A stretch of DNA of 64,000 bases, from assembly GCA_947463095.1 (NCBI GenBank), contig CANHRE010000003.1, positions 12,073 through 76,072 on the forward strand, written 5' to 3'. This DNA comes from Flavobacteriales bacterium. Its GTDB lineage: Bacteria; Bacteroidota; Bacteroidia; NS11-12g; UBA955. Every line of letters starts with the position of its first letter. The stretch's first letter is position 1. Below are positions 8,569-16,524 of the stretch, piece after piece. A program made the translations under genes and the position numbers. A model generated the notes under the pieces. The model saw only the letters and a program-made list of their open reading frames with translations. It made no database searches and had not been told where the DNA came from.

Positions 8569-8619
8569 CTCCTTTTTCTATTGGTTAATACTGGTTCGGT
8601 ACAAAAGGTAAACGGCCAA

Positions 8620-9435
8620 TTAATTATTGGCGTGGAAATTTTGTACGATGCTATAGCTGGCTTCGTCCATGCTGTAAGTCATGCCATCAATACGGGTGCT
8701 GAAATAGTTGTACAGCACAATCGCAATGGTGGATGCAATGATTCCCAGAGCAGTGTTAATCAATGCCTCAGAGATACCGGTAGCAAGCTGGGCCGTATCA
8801 GGTGCACCCTGCGCAGAAAGTGCAGAAAACGCGCGGATCATACCCACAACGGTTCCAATCAAACCGATCAAGGTTCCAATAGAAGCACAGGTGGAAATAA
8901 TCACCAGATTTTTGCTGAGCATGGGAAGTTCAAGCGTAGTAGCTTCTTCCAACTCTTTCTGAATGGCAGCTGCCTTGGCGTCGCGGTCCAGCGTAGCATC
9001 CTTGGCTACCAGCTTGTAGCGCTCCAGGCCAGAACGCACCACGTTGGCCAATGATCCTTGCTGCGCATCGCAGGCTTTGATGGCATCATCAACCTGGTTG
9101 GCTGACATTAAGCCCTGAACCTTGCGAACAAAAGTGGATAGACTGCCTTTGCCGTTTGCCTTGAAGATGGTCATGAAGCGCTCGATGGCGAAAATCAAAA
9201 CCACGATGTTCACGCAAATCAGCAGTGGTACAATAATACCTCCCTTATGGATTGTGCCCAGCATGTTCAGCGGATGTCCTTTAACCGGATCGCCGCCTTC
9301 AAAGTTGGATTTGTCTCCAAGCAGGAATACGTAGATAAGAATGCCCAAAGCCAGGGCAAACAGAATGGCTCCACCAGCAAACAGGTTCTTCAATCCGCCG
9401 CCGGTACTCTTTTGTTGTGGTTTGTTATTGCTCAT
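8620..9435 (-). CDS. exbB: MotA/TolQ/ExbB proton-channel protein
   Basis: Three hydrophobic segments and a C-terminal GLIGTVVGMIRAF...GISEALINTALGIIAS pattern. The start is moved from 9600 to ATG 9435 (MSNNKPQQK), because the extension runs into the divergent promoter region and overlaps the next gene. Confidence 0.85.
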   Translation of the reverse strand: MSNNKPQQKSTGGGLKNLFAGGAILFALALGILIYVFLLGDKSNFEGGDPVKGHPLNMLGTIHKGGIIVPLLICVNIVVLIFAIERFMTIFKANGKGSLSTFVRKVQGLMSANQVDDAIKACDAQQGSLANVVRSGLERYKLVAKDATLDRDAKAAAIQKELEEATTLELPMLSKNLVIISTCASIGTLIGLIGTVVGMIRAFSALSAQGAPDTAQLATGISEALINTALGIIASTIAIVLYNYFSTRIDGMTYSMDEASYSIVQNFHANN

Positions 9436-9637
9436 GGTGCAAATAATTTGTTCTGGTTTTTTTGAAGGTGCGCAAACATAACATAAAGTGCCCGGAAATG
9501 GTATAGGTTCGGTGGTTAAACAATTGTAAATTAAGCCTGTTTGGGAGTGTTGGGGCCCGTAAGCTTGATGAACGGCTGCATTGACTTGGGGAACTACCAT
9601 TATGGCTTATCCAACGCCATGCATAAATTGCGGCTGT

Positions 9638-11632
9638 ATGCGCAAAAAAATCCTTATTGCCTTCTTGCTGCTCTTGCTTTGCGGCGGCGGATACCTGCTT
9701 TGGAAGGTCTATTTCACTAAAGGTGTTCAGGCCGATGCTTTTGCCATGGTTCCGGCCGATGCCGTGTTCATTGTGGAAACTGATGAACCTATCGAATCCT
9801 GGCGCAGCTTTAGCTCCAGCAACATGTGGAATCACCTGAAAGGCTTCGGCCCCCTGGGGGATATTGGTAAACTTGCCGACGGACTGGACGATATCATCTC
9901 GCAAAACGCTACCCTGTTCAGCGTATTCGGACAGCGCAACCTGCTCATCTCGGCTCACCTCACCTCACCCAAAACCTATGACTTCCTTTATGTGGCCGAT
10001 TTGAAGGATGGCTCGAAAATAGGTCCCCTGAAAGACGGTATCATCTCCCTGCTGAAACAAGGGGGCTTCGACTACTCTTCGATGGACGTGGAAGGTGAAA
10101 AGGTGCACCGCTTCGCCAATTCTTCCGATAAAAGCATCCTCAACCTGGCCTTTGTTGCCAACCGTATTGTGCTGAGCTTTTCGGAATCGATCATCACGGC
10201 CAGCTTAAAAGAATATCATAATCCGACGCTGAGTAAGGACCAGCACTTTAGCCAGGTGCTGAACAACAGCCCCTCCGGAGGTCTGTGTCGTTTCTTCCTG
10301 AACTACGCCGCTCTGCCCGAATACCTCGGCGTTTATATGGAGCAAGGTTCTATCCCGTATGACCTGCTCAAATCCATGACCTTTACCGGTGCCAGTGCGG
10401 AACTGAATGAACGCAGGGTGATGCTCGACGGCATGACCGGTATCAACGACAGCATGAGCAGCTACCTGCGCGCCCTGGCTCAGTCAGGAAATAGTAAAAC
10501 CGGCGCAGCTTCGGTCTTTTCTGACCAAACCGCCTTTATGCTCTCCATGGGTTTTACGGATTTCCGGAATTTCTATGGAAACCTGAAGGGAGTGATGAAT
10601 CAGGACCCGAAAGCCGAAGCCGACTTCAATAAGAACAGCAAATTGCTGGAACGCCTGCTGAACATCAGCATCCAAGATCATGTGGTGAGCTGGATTGGCG
10701 ATGAAGTGAGTATTGCCCAATACAGGCAGGATCGCATAATCGGCGGGAAGATCAACAACATCATCGCCATCAGGCCAGCCAATATGGAACTGGCTAAACG
10801 CAATTTGGAGCATATCGAAAAGATGATCCGTCGGCGTACCCCACTGAAATTCAAGAACTATACTTATAAGGAACACGAAATCCATTACATGGAAATCAAG
10901 GGCTTGTTCAAGTTGCTGTTCGGCAAGCTGTTCGGCAAGATGGAAAAACCCTTCTATACCATCATGGGCGACTATGTGGTGTTTTCCGATGATGCCCGCA
11001 TGCTGCTGCAAACCATTGAAGACCATTCGGCTGGAAAAACACTGTCCAACAATGAGGCATACCAGACCTTCCTTTCTGATTTCAGCGGCAAATCTTCGGT
11101 GTTTGCCTATGTGAACCTTCCCCGCTACTTCGTTGATCTGAAAGGACTGTTGCATCCCTCCAAATGGCAGAGCATCAATGCCAACAAACCTTATGTGCTC
11201 TGTTTCCCTCAACTGGGATTTCAGTTTTCTGCGGAAGACGGCAACCTGAATACCATCTTCTCCGCCGAATTCCATAAACCCGAAGATGCCGACCTCATCA
11301 TTCCCGAGTTGCAGGCCGCCAGTGCCGATTCGCTCGCGGAGCGCGACAGCCTGAGCGATGTGGATCAGTTTCTTATTGAAAACATCAACGGCGATGTGCA
11401 CCGGGAATTCTACGAAAGCGGACAGGTGAAGTTTCTGGCAGAGATGAAAGATGAGCGCTTTAATGGTCGCTACCTGGAATACTGGGAGAACGGCCAGGTG
11501 AAGGTGAAAGGTAAATACCGCGATGGAGAAAAGGTGGGTAAATGGCGCTTCTTTAATGAACAGGGAGCGTTGGAGCGTCGCGAACGTTTCGGCAAAAAAG
11601 AAGAGGCTCCTGAAGATCAGGAACCCGAATAA
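9638..11632 (+). CDS. Membrane-anchored hypothetical protein (DUF3352-like) with C-terminal MORN-variant/YwqK-type repeats
   Basis: Start moved to ATG 9638 (MRKKILIAFLLLLLCGGGYLLW anchor). C-terminal repeats: GDVHREFYESGQVKFLAEMKDERFNGRYLEYWENGQVKVKGKYRDGEKVGKWRFFNEQG. Confidence 0.6.
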   Translation: MRKKILIAFLLLLLCGGGYLLWKVYFTKGVQADAFAMVPADAVFIVETDEPIESWRSFSSSNMWNHLKGFGPLGDIGKLADGLDDIISQNATLFSVFGQRNLLISAHLTSPKTYDFLYVADLKDGSKIGPLKDGIISLLKQGGFDYSSMDVEGEKVHRFANSSDKSILNLAFVANRIVLSFSESIITASLKEYHNPTLSKDQHFSQVLNNSPSGGLCRFFLNYAALPEYLGVYMEQGSIPYDLLKSMTFTGASAELNERRVMLDGMTGINDSMSSYLRALAQSGNSKTGAASVFSDQTAFMLSMGFTDFRNFYGNLKGVMNQDPKAEADFNKNSKLLERLLNISIQDHVVSWIGDEVSIAQYRQDRIIGGKINNIIAIRPANMELAKRNLEHIEKMIRRRTPLKFKNYTYKEHEIHYMEIKGLFKLLFGKLFGKMEKPFYTIMGDYVVFSDDARMLLQTIEDHSAGKTLSNNEAYQTFLSDFSGKSSVFAYVNLPRYFVDLKGLLHPSKWQSINANKPYVLCFPQLGFQFSAEDGNLNTIFSAEFHKPEDADLIIPELQAASADSLAERDSLSDVDQFLIENINGDVHREFYESGQVKFLAEMKDERFNGRYLEYWENGQVKVKGKYRDGEKVGKWRFFNEQGALERRERFGKKEEAPEDQEPE

Positions 11633-11641
11633 GATAAATTC

Positions 11642-12625
11642 ATGAAAACCGGCGCCACAGAAAAAGTCAGGAAGCTCGGATTTCGAGGGTTGAAGATGCG
11701 CGGCGGCGATGACCGCGAGCTGGGTTTCGGCAACCGCACAACTGATAATATCCAGCGGGTGATGAACCCGGATGGAAGCAGCAATATTCGGCGTGCCGGA
11801 CTGGTTCGCTGGGATTTAAGCCATACCTTCCACCGACTGGTTACCATGGGCTGGGGCTCCTTTTTGCTGGTTGTTTTTTTCGCGTATATGATGGTAAACA
11901 GCCTATTTGCCGCCGGATATCTGATGATGGGTATTGAGCAGCTGGGGCTTACGCCCTCCGGTAATTTCTGGCATGACTACCGCGAAGCCTTCTTCTTCAG
12001 CGCCCAAACCTACACCACTGTGGGGTATGGCCGCGTAAATCCGTCCGGAATAGGCGCCAACATACTTGCTTCTTTAGAAAGCCTTGCCGGAGTGCTGTCC
12101 TTTGCCCTGGCCACAGGGCTGCTGTACGGACGGTTCTCCAGGCCTTCTGCTTCCATAGCATACAGCGAAAAGGTGTTGGTGTCGCCATACAGGGAAAAAG
12201 GTACAGGGCTCATGTTCCGCCTGGCGAATGAGCGGATGAGTCAATTGATAGAAAATGAGATTCAGGTAATCCTGGCCATCAATGTGGATGAAAACGGGAC
12301 ATCGGTGCGCAGGTTCAGAAACCTTGAATTGGAGCTGAGTAAAATTTCAATTTTGAGCATGATGTGGACGGTTGTGCACCCGATTGATGAACGCAGTCCC
12401 TTATTCGGCCTGGGAGCAGATGACCTGATCATGGCCCGTGCAGAGTTGATTGTACTCTTTAAGGCGGTTGATGAAACCTATACCCAGCAAGTGTATAACC
12501 GACGTTCGTATTTCTTTGATGACTTTGTATGGAATGCCAGGTTCAGGCCGGCTTTCTATACCAATGCTGACGGCCGCATTTCCGTGGACATACGGAAGGT
12601 TGGCGATTACGAATTGCTGGCCTGA
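11642..12625 (+). CDS. Inward-rectifier-type (KirBac-like) potassium channel
   Basis: K+ selectivity filter TYTTVGYGRV between two TM helices, followed by a beta-rich cytoplasmic domain of about 150 aa as in Kir/KirBac channels. Confidence 0.8.
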   Translation: MKTGATEKVRKLGFRGLKMRGGDDRELGFGNRTTDNIQRVMNPDGSSNIRRAGLVRWDLSHTFHRLVTMGWGSFLLVVFFAYMMVNSLFAAGYLMMGIEQLGLTPSGNFWHDYREAFFFSAQTYTTVGYGRVNPSGIGANILASLESLAGVLSFALATGLLYGRFSRPSASIAYSEKVLVSPYREKGTGLMFRLANERMSQLIENEIQVILAINVDENGTSVRRFRNLELELSKISILSMMWTVVHPIDERSPLFGLGADDLIMARAELIVLFKAVDETYTQQVYNRRSYFFDDFVWNARFRPAFYTNADGRISVDIRKVGDYELLA

Positions 12626-14097
12626 GCCTTTACTGTTCTTTCTGAAATCAGCCAAAGCCCGCCAAGGGTAATCAGGGCATTTACCAGCAGCACTTCATTG
12701 CCTATCTGGTAGCCGCCCAGGAAAGAAGAGGCATTGCGGTCTACCAACCAGGTGAGGGCTGGGCTAAGGATGCACACTACCGGCAACCAACCTGCACTTG
12801 GTTTCAGAGGGGTGAATTTTCCTGCAACAAATAATGCCAGCAACGGGCCATAGGTATAACCGGCCAGTTTCAGTACGGTTTTAATCAATGCCTGGTTGTT
12901 GAAGGCCTTGAACATCAGGATGGTGCAAAACAGCAGGAAGGCGAATCCAAAATGGATCATCATGCGGATGCGCTGTTTGCTTTTATCGGACATAGTTTCC
13001 CGGCGGTCCAGATGCAGCAGGTCCAGATAACAGGAAGTGGTGAGGCTGGTAAGCACGGAGTCTGCGCTGGAAAAGGTGGCCGCTGCCAATCCGATGATGA
13101 AGGCCATGCCGGCAATCAGTCCAAGCTTGTTCAGCGCCAGGAAAGGGAATACCTTATCGGTAGCCACTTCACCAACAACATTCAGCGGAAGGCTGATGCC
13201 GTTCTTCCCGGCATAGGCATACAATAAGGCACCCAGCGACACAAAAAGCAGGTTTACCAGAATCAGTACAACGCTGAACCACAGCATGTTTTTTTGGGCA
13301 TCCCTCAGGCTGCGGCAACTCAGGTTTTTCTGCATCATGTTCTGGTCCAGGCCGGTCATGGCGATGCACACAAAGGCGCCGCTGATGAACTGCTTCCAGA
13401 AATAGTCCTGGCTTTGGTAATCCCAGTTGAAGAATTGGGTATGCGGACTGGAAGCGAGCAATCCGAAGATATTCTGGTCGGGCATCTGCTGCAGAATGGA
13501 TGCCACGGCTAGGATGAGTCCGCCAAGCAGGAACAGCGACTGGAAGGCATCGGTAAACACCAGGGTCTTAATGCCGCCGCGTATGGTATAAACCAACATC
13601 AGCACGATGATGGTTATGACCGTACCGCTGAATGGCCATCCCCAACGGTCACAAACAAAATACTGTATCACAATGGCCGTGGCAAAAAGTCTTGCCGCAC
13701 TTCCGGTGAGGCGTGACACCAGGAAAAACAAGGCACCGGTGCGCTGTGCGCTTTGGTGGAAACGCTGTTCAAGGTATCCGTAAATGCTGGTCAGGTTCAG
13801 GCGATAGTACAACGGCAGCAGTATGAAGGCGATGACCAGATATCCAACGAAGTATCCTGCCACTGTTTGCAGGTATCCAAAGCCCTGGCTCCATACATTG
13901 CCGGGAACAGAAATGAAGGTTACTCCGCTCATGCTGTCGCTCAGCATGCCAAAGGCCACCAGATACCAGGCGCTTTGACGGTTCCCGATGAAGTAGGCAT
14001 CGGCATCTGCCTTGCGCCCGGTAAACCAGGCAATCAGCAGCAGCATGCCGCAGTAAATTCCGATGGCGCTGAGCACCAGCGCAGGGGTGATGGTCAT
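12607..14097 (-). CDS. Sodium:solute symporter (SSF) family transporter
   Basis: 496-aa polytopic membrane protein with SSF-like composition and N-terminal pattern (FIGNRQSAWYLVAFGMLSDSMSGVTFISVPG). Confidence 0.75.
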   Translation of the reverse strand: MTITPALVLSAIGIYCGMLLLIAWFTGRKADADAYFIGNRQSAWYLVAFGMLSDSMSGVTFISVPGNVWSQGFGYLQTVAGYFVGYLVIAFILLPLYYRLNLTSIYGYLEQRFHQSAQRTGALFFLVSRLTGSAARLFATAIVIQYFVCDRWGWPFSGTVITIIVLMLVYTIRGGIKTLVFTDAFQSLFLLGGLILAVASILQQMPDQNIFGLLASSPHTQFFNWDYQSQDYFWKQFISGAFVCIAMTGLDQNMMQKNLSCRSLRDAQKNMLWFSVVLILVNLLFVSLGALLYAYAGKNGISLPLNVVGEVATDKVFPFLALNKLGLIAGMAFIIGLAAATFSSADSVLTSLTTSCYLDLLHLDRRETMSDKSKQRIRMMIHFGFAFLLFCTILMFKAFNNQALIKTVLKLAGYTYGPLLALFVAGKFTPLKPSAGWLPVVCILSPALTWLVDRNASSFLGGYQIGNEVLLVNALITLGGLWLISERTVKAQASNS

Positions 14098-16520
14098 TTT
14101 CTTTCGTTGATGCCGAGTATTCTAAGGTATTCTTTCCGGGTGCGCAAGGGCCTGGCAACCTCTGTGGCGGGTATATACACCAGGCTGTTGCTTTTCAATT
14201 CGAGGAGGCCTATTCTTTCGTGATTGATGATGAACACATTGCCTTTGAAATCCTGGCAGCCCATCATCACAAAGCGGTCGGGGCGATAGTTGAGTTCAAA
14301 AGTCTCGGCTCGTGGTAAAGTATAGCGTGCATAGGGGTTTTTCAGCAGCAGGAAGGCAGATTTAGCATCAACGGGCATGCCGCCCGCATCGGTGAACTTC
14401 ACCAGCAGGTGTAAACTATCTTGTGGCGTTTCGGGTGCGCCCCAGGAAAACACGCCCAGGCTGCGCAAACGCAGTTCCGTGTCGCGGGTTTTGCCACTCA
14501 GGGCCAGTCTTTTGGCTTCATGGGTCCGTATCTGGGCGGTATATTCCGTGGCCTGTGCCTTATCGAAGGCGGACAGGCGCTGCGTCAGCAGGCGGTGGTA
14601 ACGGGTATACACGTTCTGAAATTCTGCCCGGGCGCGCTGGCTGTTACCCACAGCACTGTAGTCCATATCCACTGGGATGCGTACATAACCTTCTTCGCTT
14701 TTCATCAGCACCACCGGAAGACCGTTGTCCAGCTCCACTCGAACATCGCAGAATTTACGCCTGAAGATGAACTGCTGGCTAAACTCCTTGGACGTAAGCG
14801 GACCGGTATAGCAGAACACATAGGATGAAAAAGCCTTCAGCTCAGGAAACAACATGCCTCCGCTCTTGTCGCTGATGATGAATTTAATCACCCCCTGCTC
14901 TTTGGTGCGGTCCACATAGCTTTTCTGGATGGTAGCCAGTGGCTTACCTCTTTTCAGATACACAAAAGGCGTTTCCGGGACGGGCTTGATTTCGGTAAAG
15001 CGGTTATAATAACCCTGGTTGCCCAGCAGCCATCCTTCATTGTATTCCGGTGGCAGGGAATAGAAATAGTCGCCGCTGAGAAATCGCGATTCCAGGCTGC
15101 TTTTATCCATAGCAAACATCCTGTTTACCGATGTATCACGAAACCAGGAATAGAAGTCGATGGCGCGCAGCTTGCTGTCGTCAAAGCGATAGTCGTAGTC
15201 GTAGTAGTGTTCCCATTTGTTCTTCTGGTCGTCAAATGCGTAGAAACGGTCGCTGCTGTCGGTGTTTAATCCAGCGTAAATGCGGATGAAATTACCTTCC
15301 TTAAGTCGCAGTGGCTGGTTGCCAGCCAATGCAGCAAGCTCCACCACGTAGCGCTGTTTCAGGAAGAAACGCTGTCGGGCGCTGTCATAGAACGTTGGAG
15401 CACCATGGGCGGTTTGTTCTTCGGTACGAAGGAATTCCCTTATGGAAAACTGCACCCTGCCGCGTACGGCATTTCCATTGGCATACTCAAGGCTGTTAGA
15501 AGGAATCATCACGGCGTTGCCCAGGCGGGTGTAGAGGATGTAGTCTTCGCCCGGGTCGAGTTCAAACACGCTGCGCCGGGGTTCCATTTCCGGAAATAGG
15601 GCGTCATAGGATCTGGCATGCGCAAAGGCCGGCTTTGCCTGTGCAGGAAAAGGGCTCAGGGTTCCCTTCTTGATGCCGGTGTCGGTACTAAAGGTATAGG
15701 CGCCCTGGGTCATGGCAGGGAACAGCTTTTTCAGGTAGGCCCAATCTTCCGGATACAGGTCAACATCATCCGAAAGATAGCTCACATTCAGGCGGCGCAC
15801 CATACCTGGCTTTGGCTGGTAAGTGAGGGCGAAGCGGTCGCTGCGCAGCTCATCCCACCCGTTGTTGGACATCCACGAGAGGTTGTCAATGATGACGAGT
15901 TCTTCCAGGTTGGCATACAGCGAGGCCGGGGCAGGAAGGTCTTCAATCCGGTTCAGGCTGATGCTCAGCTTTCGCATCGTTTGAAGCCTGCTCAGCGCGG
16001 TACGCATGATGGTTCCTGCTTCTGCCGCCGAGAATGGGGCAATGAACTGCAGCGAAGGAACGCCTTCCAGCGCCGACATAAAGCCCAGCGAGTCTGGAGC
16101 TGATTCGAACTGAAGGCGCACGGAGCGGTACCTGCCCAAGGCGGGCAGCTGCTCCGCAAGCCTTGCTCTTTTGTCGGAAAGGTAAAGACTCAGTTCTTCC
16201 ACCTGGCTCAGCTGGTCCATCACGTCCTTGTTGAAATTACCGTCCCAGTCCCGAAGGTCCAGTTCCAACAGTTCATCCAGCCGCGAAACAGCATTGGCCA
16301 GGCTATTCAGCGACACACGGCCGTTTACGCGGATGGCGATGGTACCATACAGCCTTCGGTAGTTGCGCAGCAAAAACTGCACATCCTGTTCGTTTTTCAG
16401 CAGGATGCGGTCCGACCCGGTAATGAACGCCTTCTGCACCGGTGTGTAGGATTTGTCCTGCTGCGCCATTGCGGCGCTGAACCACAGCAACAGGGATAAG
16501 ATCAGGAGGATTTTTTTCAA
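14094..16520 (-). CDS. Secreted hypothetical protein with an N-terminal leucine-rich-repeat-like region
   Basis: TTG start 4 nt after the helicase stop. Signal peptide MKKILLILSLLLWFSAAMAQQ. LRR-like LxxLxLxxN segments (LDELLELDLRDW, VEELSLYLSD, MRKLSISLNRIEDLP, LEELVIIDNLSW). I recognise no catalytic motif. Confidence 0.65.
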   Translation of the reverse strand: MKKILLILSLLLWFSAAMAQQDKSYTPVQKAFITGSDRILLKNEQDVQFLLRNYRRLYGTIAIRVNGRVSLNSLANAVSRLDELLELDLRDWDGNFNKDVMDQLSQVEELSLYLSDKRARLAEQLPALGRYRSVRLQFESAPDSLGFMSALEGVPSLQFIAPFSAAEAGTIMRTALSRLQTMRKLSISLNRIEDLPAPASLYANLEELVIIDNLSWMSNNGWDELRSDRFALTYQPKPGMVRRLNVSYLSDDVDLYPEDWAYLKKLFPAMTQGAYTFSTDTGIKKGTLSPFPAQAKPAFAHARSYDALFPEMEPRRSVFELDPGEDYILYTRLGNAVMIPSNSLEYANGNAVRGRVQFSIREFLRTEEQTAHGAPTFYDSARQRFFLKQRYVVELAALAGNQPLRLKEGNFIRIYAGLNTDSSDRFYAFDDQKNKWEHYYDYDYRFDDSKLRAIDFYSWFRDTSVNRMFAMDKSSLESRFLSGDYFYSLPPEYNEGWLLGNQGYYNRFTEIKPVPETPFVYLKRGKPLATIQKSYVDRTKEQGVIKFIISDKSGGMLFPELKAFSSYVFCYTGPLTSKEFSQQFIFRRKFCDVRVELDNGLPVVLMKSEEGYVRIPVDMDYSAVGNSQRARAEFQNVYTRYHRLLTQRLSAFDKAQATEYTAQIRTHEAKRLALSGKTRDTELRLRSLGVFSWGAPETPQDSLHLLVKFTDAGGMPVDAKSAFLLLKNPYARYTLPRAETFELNYRPDRFVMMGCQDFKGNVFIINHERIGLLELKSNSLVYIPATEVARPLRTRKEYLRILGINERK

Positions 16521-16524
16521 GGGT

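Noticed and set aside
9436-9600. N-terminal extension of ExbB in the track ORF 8620..9600. The same issue affects lipB (50729..51019), the S8 peptidase (2883..2927), fabG (38376..38417), rarA (35604..35627) and the GNAT-like gene (20778..20807).
   Set aside because: The extensions run through promoter boxes, a terminator hairpin or the opposite-strand gene, and they add non-homologous residues before well-conserved N-termini. Internal ATGs give canonical starts.
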